A stretch of DNA of 64,000 nucleotides from Takakia lepidozioides (taxonomy: Eukaryota; Plantae; Bryophyta). Under the pieces are notes generated by a model. It saw only the letters and a program-made list of their open reading frames with translations. It had not been told where the DNA came from and searched no databases. Shown piece after piece: positions 24,306 through 38,022 of the stretch (its first letter is position 1; each line of letters begins with the position of its first letter). The translations under genes and the position numbers were made by a program. Location of the stretch: contig CM060734.1 in assembly GCA_030704615.1 (NCBI GenBank), forward strand, positions 16,926,001 through 16,990,000, read 5' to 3'.

Positions 24306-25232
24306 TGTTAGAGGACTGTCTGGGACTTAGACACTTATACGGGATCTGTGGGGTACCCTTAATTTTTGCACAGACTGAGACCAACAGGAGCCTTAGGGGT
24401 GATAGTAGCGCACTTTAGAGGGGGGTTACACAGCCCGTCACAGCCAACATAGCTCGTCACAGCCCGACACAGCCCATCACAGCCAACACAGCCCGTCACA
24501 GTCCGACACAGCCGACACAGCCAGACACAGCCAACACAGCTCGTCACAGTCCGAACAGCTTGACACAGCTGTCACGACCATAGGGAACGGATAGCAGGAC
24601 AGGGAACGACTATGGGGAACAACATCTGCGAATGGAACATGTTAGTACACGGATGACGGTTAGAGAGGGAAACGGTTAGAACAACGGGTAGGAAGATAAA
24701 GCCAGGAGCGAGGACGGGAGAAGGGCACTTCTTGGGGAATCACTGGGAGAGGGGACTTCGGACATCACGGGATGAAAGGAGGAGAGAGCGCATCTCTGAG
24801 CGGAAGGAGGGAGAGCACAGAGTAGGAGGAGGGCGATCTGTTGATGCTTAATGAATGCAAGCAGTAGAGTTGTAATGTAGAGCAGATTAGAGACTCCATG
24901 GCTTCAGCCTGATACTCGATAGATATTAATCTGATACATACTTCATACTCACACTGTGTAGAGAGATCTGAGTGAAGCTGTGGAATAAATGGATGAGTTG
25001 ATGGAATCCGATAGATTGCTGAAGCAAACTGATACTTAATTACCAACAGTAAGGTAACTAGCTAACATGAATGCGGGAAGGAAAACAAATAGGAAACACC
25101 CCCATGATACACTAGCTGTAGGTCATGACTGATTGTTCTGAGCGGGCTGAGTACTTAGAGATTTCCAACTCTTCTATCTTGGAGTTTCCGCCTCGGATAG
25201 CGAAGGGATGGGTGAGTAAAACCCGCGTGACA
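24306..25232 (+). repeat. Family A 5' LTR with CACAGCC/GTCACAGC micro-repeats
   Basis: About 8 substitutions and one repeat-array indel versus the 3' LTR, by eye. Confidence 0.95.
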
Positions 25233-26012
25233 TTTGGCGACCATACTGGGGAACTGGGTCATGAACAACCAGATGTGACAGGCATCTGGTGGGATCATGG
25301 TGGTTGGAGAATTAAAGAATTTGATGTGAATCAAATTCCTTGTGAAACTGAGAAGGAAAGATTATCCAAACGATTCTTTCAAAGGTTCTTGGAATTGCCA
25401 GACGGTTGTAAGGAAAACATTCTTAAGAGAGTGCATGATGCTGACCCTGAATGGGGACTGGAGAAAGGAGTGATAAAGATTTATCAGGTGGCCTGTAGAG
25501 GAAGAGCACGTTGGTTACCAACACTGGTTTATGTGATAGCATTGCTATCCATTAAGCGAGTAGAGTTTGAAGGCTAGGAAGAAAGAAAGGTGAATGTGTA
25601 TACTCATATGCATGAAGAGCTTGTACTGGTAAAGAATTGGATTCCAGAGGATATTTTGTGGATCAAACTCACACCAAGAACAACTTTCCAGACTTGTTTG
25701 CCATATGGTTATATGGTAACGGAGACTTCTAGTATAGCCAAGGGTGCATTAAAGCTAGAAAGAAACCCAGGCATATACGAGAGATATTACAGAAGAGAGT
25801 TTTGGTTATTGCCACATTAAAAGAAATGAAAGACATGGGACATGAGTGATTAAGGAGAAGCTAGACGCCAGAGATATTCAGCAAAAAGAGAAAGCTATCT
25901 GAAAGCTAATTATCCATATCTTTGGGAGAGAGGAATAGACATAGGGGAATCATCTGGACCTCTCACACCATTAAGATCAAAGAGTACATCACCCATACCG
26001 GAAGAACTAGAG

Positions 26013-29000
26013 TTGGATGCCACTCATTCTTTTTCTTTGCAAGAAAGATTAAGGGAATTGGTACGGGAAGAAGATCAATCACGAGGTGAAAGATCTGAGG
26101 TACATCCCTGGATAAAAGATTTGACAGAAATCTTTGATAAGAGTTGGCATGGAACACCAAAAGCAGGAACTCCAGTTTCTGAAGCGGAAGGTGAAAAAGG
26201 AGGAGAGGATGTGGCAGAGCCAACGGAGAGTTCAGACTCTCCAACAACATTGCAGTTGAGTTACATGAGTGAAGAAGAAACCCAAGGGCAGAACTTGGAG
26301 GATGAAAACAGAGAGAAGAAATTGGAAGAGGAAGAGTATGAAGAAGTAGACCCAACAGCTGAGGTTGAGACTACAACCAGGACATCCCAACCCGTTGGAC
26401 CTGGATCAAGTGGAGCACTTGGATCACAGGCCAACGAAGGTGTCGGCTCAGGGGGATCAGGCGGGCTGCCTGGATCTGGCTCTGGGGGACAGGGAGTGTG
26501 GGAAGTAGTGCAACTGAAGCTGGGAATACTGTGAATATCTCGGGGCCAGTAGTAGGGAGTGCTCAAGGGCCACCACTTGGTGGAAGATCCACCACAACAA
26601 CAACAGGTCCTGAAGGACCAGCACCAGCAAGGGTGCCACCACCTGTCAGTGGGCAGAAGGTAGGGCCACAGATGGCATTACAACCAACACGGGCAAAACC
26701 ACCTTTTCCAATATATTCAGGAAAAGGGGATCCCGATGTACACATTAGCCAATTTGAGCACATGTGTATAGTGAACAATGAGAATGGCGATGATGCCAAG
26801 ATGAGATTGTTGTTTATGGGGTAGAGTCCAGCATGCCAATCGAGACAGAAATCCCATCTCTATGATTGGTCATTACCGAACGGTTGGCGACATTAGAGTC
26901 ATTAAAGGAACGACTCGAGATGTTGGAAGGACTGGATGAACTCCGGCAAGCAGCAGCTCAACATATTGAGGCAGTGCAACGACAAAGGAAGGCTTGCTTT
27001 GATGCTAAGCGCAAAAAGAGAATCTTCAATCCATGAGATCTTGTACTATTATTCGACAGTCGGAACGAGGATTTCAAAGCCAAGTTTGACTCATACTGGA
27101 TGGGCCCTTATCTCGTCAAGACAGTCTTTGACAATGACTCATTACAACTAGAGACACTAAGGGGAGTGGAGTTCCCCAATGTGGTGAACGGTGTCCGGTG
27201 CAAGCACTACTACATGTGAGTTCCATTAACCAATGAACTATTTTCCCCCACTAAGGGAGAGATCTTTAGGATTTCGTCCTGGTTTGTCGGAAGGAAATGT
27301 TGGTATTTCTTATCCATTGACTCATTGGTTATTGGAGCTCCACAATGAGGTGGAGTGCGGGGCAACTAAGTTGCAATAATCCAATGAAACTTCTCCAATG
27401 GGAAGAAGTCAGTAGGGCTCTTACCCAAATAGGTTATTGACACCCTTTCTTGGAGTTCCAAGGGTAGATCTTGGGATGTGGGGCAACGCAGTTGCATTAA
27501 AGAGGTGGTCTGTTCTCCAGAGTGAATTTTCGGGTAGTTATTGGAATCCACAAGGACAGACCTTGGGATGCGGGGCACATAGAGTGCAGTAATCTAACCC
27601 ACCTTGTAGAATTAGAATTTGTTTGATATGACATAAGCTATGAAAGCTATGACCATCCAATTGCCAAGTAGAAGACTTCATACATCTTCGTTACTAATCA
27701 CGTGTTGTGAGTTTCTTTTCTTCTTCACCAAGTGAAGAACCACAGGTGCAGGAATGGGAACAATGGGTTGCTAATATATGCATTCTTGTTCAATGCACAC
27801 TGTCGATCATCATTTGTTTTCTTATCACAGAGTAAATCTGTGTTTGCTCAAGCATATCTCGAGAAAAAGTAAATGCTTGTTGTATCAAGCATTCTGCAGT
27901 ATACTGATGCTCCCTGCATGGAGCACAACGACTTCTCGCACGGGGATTCTAACCTTAAACTTTTTGTCATTTTCACCTTACCCCGTTGCAGCATTCCTCG
28001 TAGAGAGAGAAAAGTTAGAAGCAGTGAGGGGGTAAAAGGTGAGTTGTAGAGCAGTGGTTGCTGCTCCCTTCACATGAGTGAAGGGCGTCAGGCACAGGAA
28101 AACCCAGAAGGGCTTGTGACCTCTTCAGATAGAACGATACATTGTTCTAGAGTATAGTCCTCTGAGGTTCAGAATGGATCCAATCGTTTCTTAGGTCAAG
28201 AATTCCATCATGAGCTCTGCGAAATCCATAAGAGGTCCCTGCGAGTCATGAACCAAGTTAGATTGTAGTTAGAAATGGTGCGTCTATTTCATGGGTAGTG
28301 CGGGACAACTGGAGGGGACTCCGGACAACCTATGACTCAGTGGTCAAAGACCCCAGAGCCATCACCAGGGATTTGATTTCCAAAAATACCACAAAATCTG
28401 TGTGTAGCGAAAATACGACGAATGGCGAGAAGCGCAACTTTTTACCACCGATGGAGCTGAGAATTTACAGGCTGATACAGGGTATATAATTGTAGTTTGT
28501 CACCAAGTTTCGTGATTAATAGAGCTGATTAGCAGCGGGGCCAAATTATTGAGTCGACGGCACTCACGGGGCCTATTATTTGCATTTCTACTTCGTGGAT
28601 GGATGAAAAATCCTGGAATTCGCCTTGAGGTGCTGGATGGATCAAATGACAACTTGCGCCAACTGGTCATCCAATTGGATGGATGAAAAACCAGCTTTCA
28701 TTTGCCTCTAAGACTTTTCATCCATGTTGAATATTATATTATAGATCCTCCAAGGAAACAATAGTTTAATGAATATTTTCCATTAGTTTATTAGGCTCAA
28801 AAACAGTATAAAAGAAGGGCAAGGCTTCCCTTGTTCTTCATCTAGTTCTTTCTCTTGCTTAGTTTCTTCTCGTTGTTGTACTGTTGTTAGTTTGAGGCTT
28901 GAGGAGGCTAGATCCTAGGGAGTAGAGCTTGAAGCTCCCTAGTTAGGTAGAATTCTTGTGAGCTAAGGCAAGTGGCCTAGCTTGTGGGCTTTTGAGCCAT

Positions 29001-32000
29001 TTCATTTGTGAAGGAAGAGGGCAATTTCATGTAGAGGAAAGTGACTTGAGGACAAGTAGGAGGCCTGGTGTGGACTTATGGACGAGAGCCCAAGTGGAGG
29101 CTGCATAGAGTACCATTACTTGAGTCGATAGAGTATCCCAAGCACTCTCGCATAGAAAGGTCGATCCCATCTTACCATTTCACCATTTATGTATGTAATT
29201 CATTTATTTTCCAAGCAAAGGTTGAAATTGAAAATCTGATTTAGGCTCTTCAAAAGAGGAGAGTGCATTGTGGAATCCCACTATTTCATGTCTAGAATTG
29301 ACAAGGGGAAGAACCCCATAGCTTATTGGAAATGGTACCAATAGAGGCTTGTATTTGAATTGTTTGAAGAAGGAATTTTTGTGTTTGATTACTAATTTGA
29401 AATATAGCCAGCTCTCGCAAAGATAGGCCAGTAGGCTGGATCTATGATATAAGGCCACTATAAGGTCACTATGTGCTAATCCCCCCCCCCCCTAGCAAGC
29501 CATGGAGGCCTAGGGGAGGGTGGGTTGTATTTTTTTTGTCTTGGGGTTTGGGCGGGCTGATTTCGCTTGATAGCAGCTGCCCCAAGGTCGCAAGCAGCCC
29601 GGGAGGAGCCCGGAAAGTAGGCACTCAATTTCTAAAAGCGTGGAGACAGCCGTGGCCCAGCCACGACGTAGGGGGAGCGGGGCCCCAGCGCTGACCTTAA
29701 GTCGTACTGAGATCAAGTACATCATCCGCGTGGCTCAGGCGTGAGGCCCTGAAGCGTGCGAGCAGGGTGCGGGTCTTTACCCGCGGAATAACCAAAAGCT
29801 GAGACGGACCAGCGGACGCCGACGTTCACCGCAGCGGTCCACGGCTTGGACCCCTACGCTGTGAGCAGTGAGCTAGAGGCGGAGACCTCGAGAGACAAGG
29901 GAGGAGAGAAAGTACTCTGTCCTAAAAACTCGGCTACAGTGCGCATTTGTGTCAGAGCCCAAGGTAGATGATGACTTTTTCCACGGAGGGAAAACGCACC
30001 AGCGCCTTAAAATAATGTAAAGGGGTGAAATCTGGCTTGGACCCACCAGTGGTTATTTTATTATTTACGTATGCATGTTCAGGACTAACGAATGTAGTGG
30101 CAGGGATGAGCTCTTAGCGAGATTCATTCATCCGATAGGGCCGCGGTAGTTCCCCGCAGCAGGGAACGGTTTCCTTGTTCACTTATCAAGAAAGCAAGTG
30201 AATGGTATGCGAGATTCCCTGATAATCATTTCCTAACCTGGAATGGCTTGAATACAGCATTCCGAAATAGGTTCAGGACAAGTAAAACTGAGGATGAAGT
30301 GTATGGAAGTTTACAACAGTTAAAGCAAAAGAAGCATGAAACTGTTGAGGAGTATATGGAAAAGATGGAATTGATGATGAAAAAGCTGGCTGCAGTACCA
30401 GCACCAGGTTTACAGAAGACTTGGTTTGTGAGTGGACTAAGACCAGAGTTGCAAAAGAAAGTGGATATGTTACCCCATAATACAGTGGAGGAGGCATTTG
30501 AAACTGCAAACAGAATTGAGCAATTGGGAATGCTCAGGAGAGAGAAAAAGGATGATGAGGACTCTGAGGATGAGTCAGATGAAGAAGAAGAGCAAGAACT
30601 AAAAAGAAGAGTAAGAGAAAGGAGAAGTTGAAGAGGGATAACTATGAGAAAAGATTGGAAGAAATCTTGAAGAAGTATGCCACAGAGGCTGCAACACATT
30701 GGAGGAAGGGTGTATGGTGTGCAAAGTGCCAGAATAAAGGCCATACCACCACAGAATGCCACATGAACGAGAAACATTGTACTATCTGTAAAATGGATAA
30801 CCATTCTACTGAGAATTGTTACTACAACAGAAGGACAGTTGCAAGAGAACCTAGGCAAGTAAGGGTGCATCAGGTGCAGCCCCAGCCAAGAAGAAACAAT
30901 GATCAGGACCACTATGGTAGGTCTGGTGGTTATAACAATGGCATGGAAGGGAGAGGTAATTCAAGAGGGAATTACCAAGGAAATTCCAGAGGCAACTATC
31001 AGGGTAATCCAAGGGGGAATTACCAGCCCGGGAATCAGGATTACAAAAATAATCCAAGAACAGACCAAGGGCGAGGACCCAATGGTGAAGAACTATGTTA
31101 CTATTGTAATCAGCCAGGACATCGCAAGGTAGCCTATTCATTCTGGATTAGACACCAGAATGAGATGAGAGCTCCTGTGAATGAGGGCCCAGTGGTGGCA
31201 GCTCACATGGTTAGGCCATGTGTTGTACCAGAAGTAAGTACAATGATAGTAACAAGAAGCAAAGCCAAACTAATACCTCCAGTAGTTGAGGAAGAGGATG
31301 ATAATGAAGGTCGCAGTGATATGCTTGAAGATGATGAGGCATGGAGAGATGAGAAGGAACTGCACAAGGAAGTGGCAGATACCATAAGGGAAATGCAGAA
31401 GAGTACTGATATTCCTGTGGCAAATTCCTCTGATTCTGATGGAGAAGAAGAAGTGAGTGAGGATGAAAGGAAGAAAGAAGATGCAGACATGCAGAGTAAT
31501 GAAGGGACTTTGGCTGAAGTAATATGCCAGACCAAAGCAGAGATTACCATTGGACAGCTATTGGCTGTGGCACCTTATTGTAGACACAGGCTATATCAAG
31601 CAATCAATCGAATTGCCCAGGAGACAGGAAACACAGACCTGAACAGCAATGTGACCAGTTATAATGTGAAGCCGGAAGGGCGAGAAACAGTCATGGACTT
31701 TGATGATTCTATGCCAGTAATCCAATTGAGAATTGGAAGCACAGAACTAACTACTCAGGAGTAAATATCATGACAGACCAATTAAGAAAGAAGCTTGGTC
31801 TAAGTAACATGAAACCAGCCCCATTTACAGTAACAATGGCAGATCAAAGAAGTGTACAGCCATTGGGATTAATAAGAGGAGTTAAGATACAGATACAGAA
31901 GATGATCTTTATGATCACAGTAACTGTGTAGATGGATGAAGTCATAGAGGCTTCCTCCTTATTATTGGGACGTCCGTGGCTGAAACAGGCCAGGGTATTC

Positions 32001-33450
32001 CATGACTGGAATTTTCAGTTACTAACAGTGCATAATGGGATGCACGAGATACAAATTACCACAAAGAAATATAGTAGATTACCTGCTACGAGAAGACCTC
32101 GAGGGGTCAGAGAGTATGACTGGAGATGAGGACTGGATGAGGAGCAGGAAGCTACCCTGTTTGCTGCACACCCAGAGTGGGAGCAGGTTGCAGAGATGCG
32201 GCTGGAAAGCCTAAGTTGTTTAAAGGATATCTGCTGTGGTGTAGTGTCAGCAACACCAATTGAAGAGGAAACCAGCAGTTACCCATCACATTTCTATGAA
32301 GAAAAAGAAGGAGAAATGGAAATCCTAGAGGAACCAGCCACTGTGAGTTTACAGGATGAAGTGGTGACTGCTTGGACAATCACAGCTGATAAGCAAGTGA
32401 AGGAAGTGAATGTGGGAACTCAAGAGGAACCGAGGATGGTGAAGGTAGGAGCTGATTTGGAGCCAGAATTCTTTGAAGAAGCTAAGAGTTTGTTCATCAA
32501 ATACAGAGATGTATTTGCTTGGAGCTATGAGGATCTAAAAGGGATACCACCTGAAATCTGTCAGCATAAGATTGAACTGGAACCAGGGTCAGTACCAATC
32601 AAGCAGGCAAGGTACAGAATGAATCCCAACTACGCACAGAAGGTTGGAGAAGAGATCAAGAAGTTGGCTGAGGCTAAGTTTATATACCCAATAGAGTATA
32701 CAACTTGGTTGTCACCCATTGTGATAGTTCCCAAGAAGAATGGTAAACTAAGAGTTTGTGTGAACTACAAGAAGCTGAATGCTTGTACGAAGAAAGATCC
32801 TTTCCCTTTGCCATTCACAGAAGCAGTATTAGACACTGTGGCAGGCCATGAGATGTACTCATTCATGGATGGCTTCAGTGGTTATAATCAAGTGCAAGTG
32901 GCAGAAGAAGACCAAGGAAAGACAGCTTTCATCATAGACTAGGGTGCTTATGCATACAAAGTCATGCCCTTTGGACTTTGTAATGCACCAGCAACCTTTC
33001 AGAGAGTGATAAGTGAATCTTTTCATGAGTATCTGGATGATTTCATGCAGGTGTTCTTGGATGATTTCAGTGTGTACAACTCTAAGAATAAGCACTTGCA
33101 TAAATTGGAGTTATGTCTGGCCAGATGCAGGATGAGAGGTCTGGGCCTGAATCCAGAGAAGTGTACTTTCTGTGTGAACTCAGGGGTGCTTCTGGGACAC
33201 ATTGTGTGTAAGAGGGGACTTATTGTGGATCCTAGGAAAACAGAGGCCATTAAAGCCTCTCCACCACCAGTGAATGTTAAGAGTCTAAGGAGATTCCTTG
33301 GACAAACCAGCTATTACAGAAGATTTGTCAGACGGTATGCACAGATAGCAGCACCATTGAGCAAACTTCTGAAGAAAGATGCAGTGTTTGCATGGACACC
33401 TGAATGTCAACAGGCTTTTGAGGAACTTACATTGTCGGTAACAACTACAC
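26013..33450 (+). pseudogene. Family A copy 2 gag-PR-RT, disrupted by stops, frameshifts and a 3.36-kb insertion
   Basis: Same peptides as copy 1; gag is split at AKMRL|FPCSL (about 26810 / 30169). Confidence 0.9.
26811..30168. other. Composite insertion in gag, starting with a foreign Gypsy integrase C-terminal fragment (~26811-27219, +)
   Basis: Translation YGVESSMPIETEIPSL...WMGPYLVKTVFDN...VVNGVRCKHY. The rest is unassigned and there is no clean TSD. Confidence 0.6.
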
Positions 33451-35384
33451 TTGTTGGGTACTTATGTTCCATAAGCAGGACACTTAATCTGTTGGGTACT
33501 TATGTCAAATCCCATGTTCCCACTACTCAATCGGCAGCTTTGAGGGAGGAACTCAGGAAGGAGTTTGAGGCTCGACTTGCCACAGAGTGTGCAAACAAGG
33601 TCGATGAAGAGGTCACTCTCAAGATGCAGCAAAACTTGGAGAGTACAGAAGCGGCTTTGCAATTTGCCAAGGAACAATTGATTGAGGCAGGCCTCGCGCA
33701 AGACCAGTTGCAGGAAGCACATAAGCAACAGCTATACCAAATGCAGGTAAAGCATGAAAGCAAGTTGCAACAAGTGAATGCACTACATACGGAGTTGCAG
33801 ATAGTGCATGACAGGATGGCCATCCAATGTGCTACACTCACAACTATGCTTGACCAATCTACAATAGAAATAAACAGTCAAGCGGAAAGATGTACGAAGG
33901 CAGAGGCAAAGAATGTTGAGCAAGTGAAACTCATTGTCGATATGAAGAATACAATCTGTCGCAATGAAGATACTTTCAAGCAATACAGGCAGGTTGAAGC
34001 TGACCAAGAGAGGCACATCCTGGAGTTGCAACAAACGGTCATGGCCAATAGAAATGAAATCTCTGTCATTAACAAGGCTTGGAAGGAAGCCAATAATCTG
34101 CTTGCTGCCTATGCGAATTTGGTTGAACCTCATGCGAAGCGCATGGAGGCTTTACAACAGCAATTAGAGATATACAAACTCAGAGTGGAGCAAACTCTCA
34201 GAGGTACCACAAGCAACTTGGTGGATAAACACCTTATGCAGGTCTGGTTAGCACAAGGGCCAGTGGAGGGCAAAGCACCACGAAAGCTCACCCAAAGCGA
34301 GATGAATGAGCTCAGACTGCAAGTGCAGAACATTGCCACAATTACTATAGACAATGTCTATAGTAGGATAGCGGAGTTACAGGAGGATGTAGACGGCCTG
34401 CAGACTCAAGTGGAGGACCTCACTTCAAATATCGACAAGAGAGTCTGTGTACCTGAGGAACAGCTAATGGCTTCTTATTTAAAAGCGAGAACTTTGGCTT
34501 TTCAGTCTTCTTCACAGGAGGTGCAGGAGATGCAAATGGTACAAGAGCCAGTGCCACCAACACCACAACAAGTCATTGTGCCAGTAGCTGACCCTGTTGT
34601 TACTACAGCCACACCACAGCCACCACAGCCTGAGATATGGGGAAATGCTGCTTTTAACCCACCTAAAACTTCAGCTGCAAGGGAGTACAGTAGGGCTATG
34701 ATTATGCCCTTCAACCAAATTCCCATTGTGTTGGATTTGGCTTGGAAAGAATTTAGTCCTCCACTGTCATTGGCACATTACTATCAAATCATGCGCATTT
34801 GGCTGCCAGTAGCAACTAGAACTAAGGTTCTTCCAAACAATCGACCCATTGAGGATCATCACTTTGCGCAGTACTGGCATGAGGCAAGTACCATGTTGAA
34901 GGAATTAATTGCCTTCCAAGTTGTACATGGATTCATTTATACCAAGACCAAGGAGGTAGCAAGTATTGTCATGGACTGTGGGTTATACTACGCTGCTTGT
35001 TTTCTGGTACGTTATCACATTGAGCAGCACAAGATGCAATCGCGCTTTCTGAGTTATTCCAGTGGGGATCATTGGGTCTTACCTTCAGTGCCACCTCATA
35101 TGTACCTATATGAGGCAAAAGTTATGATGCAAAAGGATTCTCAAATTCGTTCATGGTTTCATGCGGCCTGGAACAATTTGTCAACACAGAATTTCGGCCC
35201 TGACGATATTTTCTTTAAGGGACATGAGGGATGGAAATACTTGCACAATTCACAAGTCATTGGTACCCCACTCACCTGGACAGACAAGGAGCTCAGGGTC
35301 TTCACCAATTTTGCCATTCAGCGTTTACAGCAAGTTTTAAAATTTAAACTTCCAGACATGGTAGGACAACATTGTATGCCCTAG
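33451..35384 (+). CDS. Family A 3' extra ORF (long coiled coil, Pro-rich hinge, aromatic C-terminal domain) fused in frame to truncated RT
   Basis: Homology to copy 1 pol stops at ~33450; about 640 further open codons rich in E/Q/L/A heptads. Confidence 0.7.
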
Positions 35385-35737
35385 AGGATTCCACAAAAAG
35401 TTCGACAGTTAAAACACCTGAGAGGCGATGAGGATTTTGATACAACTGTTTCTTCAGCGGACTCTTTTGACATGGGAGAAGACTATGCAATTCAGATGGC
35501 AGAGAAGAAGCGACGGGGGTCTCCTATTCCTGAAAGATTACCTCGATATAAGCCTCCAGAGGGCCTCACATATCCAGGTAGTGTTCAATCATCTCCGTCA
35601 ACCAGTGACAGACCTCGGGCTCGTACACAGAGTCCTTCACGCGACTCTCAACGTCAGAAAGGTGCTCACTCACAAAGGTTTGCTAATCCCAATCAGTAAA
35701 CCGTGAGGACACGGTTTTTTGAGAGGGGAAGGGGTAA

Positions 35738-36703
35738 TGTTAGAGGACTGTCTGGGACTTAGACACTTATACGGGATCTGTGGGGTACCCTTAATTTTTG
35801 CACAGACTGAGACCAACAGGAGCCTTAGGGGTGACAGCAGCGCACTTTAGAGGGGGGTTACATAGCCCGTCACAGCCAACATTGCTCGTCACAGCCCGAC
35901 ACAGCCCATCACAGCCAACACAGCCCGTCACAGTCCGACACAGCCGACACAGCCAGACACAGCCAACACAGCTCGTCACAGTCCGACACAGCCCGACACT
36001 GCCAACACAGCCGTCACAGCCAGTCACAGCTTGACACAGCTGTCACGACCATAGGGAACGGATAGCAGGACAGGGAACGACTGTGGGGAACAACATCTGC
36101 GAATGGAACATGTTAGTACACGGATGACGGTTAGAGAGGGAAACGGTTAGAACAACGGGTAGGAAGATAAAGCCAGGAGCGAGGACGGGAGAAGGGCACT
36201 TCTTGGGGAATCACTGGGAGAGGGGACTTCGGACATCACGGGAGGAAAGGAGGAGAGAGCGCATCTCTGAGCGGAAGGAGGGAGAGCACAGAGTAGGAGG
36301 AGGGCGATCTGTTGATGCTTAATGAATGCAAGCAGTAGAGTTGTAATGTAGAGCAGATTAGAGACTCCATGGCTTCAGCCTGATACTCGATAGATATTAA
36401 TCTGATACATACTTCATACTCACACTGTGTAGAGAGATCTGAGTGAAGCTGTGGAATAAATGGATGAGTTGATGGAATCCAATAGATTGCTGAAGCAAAC
36501 TGATACTTAATTACCAACAGTAAGGTAACTAGCTAACATGAATGCGGGAAGGAAAACAAATAGGAAACACCCCCATGATACACTAGCTGTAGGTCATGAC
36601 TGATTGTTCTGAGCGGGCTGAGTACTTAGAGATTTCCAACTCTTCTATCTTGGAGTTTCCGCCTCGGATAGCGAAGGGATGGGTGAGTAAAAGCCGCGTG
36701 ACA
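35738..36703 (+). repeat. Family A 3' LTR
   Basis: Direct repeat of 24306-25232, preceded by the PPT GAGAGGGGAAGGGG. Confidence 0.95.
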
Positions 36704-36708
36704 TGTAT

Positions 36709-38022
36709 GCGTTCTCTTCTAAGCACCCTAGAGGCTTCACAATGCATGAGTTTGAAATCATTGGACAAAACAGCACTAGCAACAGGTTGTGGGTTTGTAG
36801 AGAGATCGGCCAGCACCCTGACGGACGATCTTGGTCGTTTAAATGGCCTTTCGGGGTTTTCTCTTTCTCATAACGATCAATGAGAGCAGGGAGTTGAGAG
36901 AGGTAAGGGCACCTGGTGTAGTGCTCTTTGGATTTGCAAACCATGCATGCCACCACGGATAGTCTGGTTTCATACCTAGGGCCGGTGTTAGTCTTACCCT
37001 TGTGACCAGTGTTTTGGGAGCCAGGTGGTTTCCAGTTAATCTCTGCCTTGAAGGCCTGTAGTTGACCTTGGATTTCATCACGGAAGGAGGACAATTCATG
37101 CACAAGGGAAGGTACCAATTCTTTTGCAAGGCCTTTCACCCCAAGGTGCCCATCAGTAATCACAACATCAGTTCTTTCACTGGCCAGGTGTGTGTGTGTT
37201 TGATAGTGGCTGGTTTGGAAAATCCAGCCTTGGCAGCTTTTAGACGAAGGCGTTCTTCTATTAATTCAACCATTTCATCCTCAGTGGTGTAAATCTGTTT
37301 TTGTAGAAACACTTTCTCAGCAGGGAGCAAGCCCTTCACAAAACAATGTTTCAAAATAGCGGGTCTCTCTGAGGCAATTAGAACTGACTTACAGATTGCA
37401 GTTCGCAAGTCAGTGCAGTATTTCCACACACTGTTGCCATAATGAAATTTTAAGTCTGGTGTGGTGTAAGCTATGGGCTTTTCTTCACAAAAGAGCTTGC
37501 GAGCCAATTCTCTGGCTTCTACCCAAGTAAGATCATTTTTGTCCTTGATATTGGACTCAAACAGTTGCCTAGCCTCTCCCTTGAGACAGATCCGAAAAGA
37601 CTTTACTTGGAACCGTGGGGGAACACCATTCATTTCTGTGCTGATTTCAAAAAATTCCAAGACTTGGACTCAAAATCCTCCCTTAAGTTGTACTCAGGGT
37701 ACTGTTGCTTATGCATTCGCTCCCCATGATCAGTTTTCCATGATGTAGCATCCGGAGCTTCAGTTTGTTTCAACAACATCTTCATAAGTAGAGGGCAATT
37801 TGAAATCACCCCCATGGCTTCACACAACTCGTCCAAATCAAATGTGGGTTGAGGCACAGTCGCCGGATCCTTGTGATCTCCGGACGACTCTCCCCTTTCC
37901 GTATTATTTCTTTCATTAGTTGTTGTCTCTTCCCTCTCCTCCGCTGCACGTTTTTCCAACTCACTTAGTCCCATCGTTTCTTCTGCTTCTCTCTCTAGCA
38001 TAGATCTTGTAAACACAGGCAT
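36709..38022 (-). pseudogene. gag: Family B gag (frameshifted)
   Basis: MPVFTRS start, CLKGEARQLFE, FVKGL, degenerate knuckle CMVCKSKEHYTRC; lies between the PBS and PR. Confidence 0.72.

Larger units (their letters stand above)
24306..36703 (+). mobile_element. Family A copy 2: two LTRs, TSD TGTAT, RNase H and integrase deleted
   Basis: TGTAT at 24301-24305 and 36704-36708; TG...CA LTRs; PBS 25235-25252; PPT 35721-35734. Confidence 0.96.

Noticed and set aside
29700-30168. Possible organellar group II intron fragment or Helitron 3' end
   Set aside because: I could not identify a domain V or a CTRR terminus, so it cannot be supported without a search.
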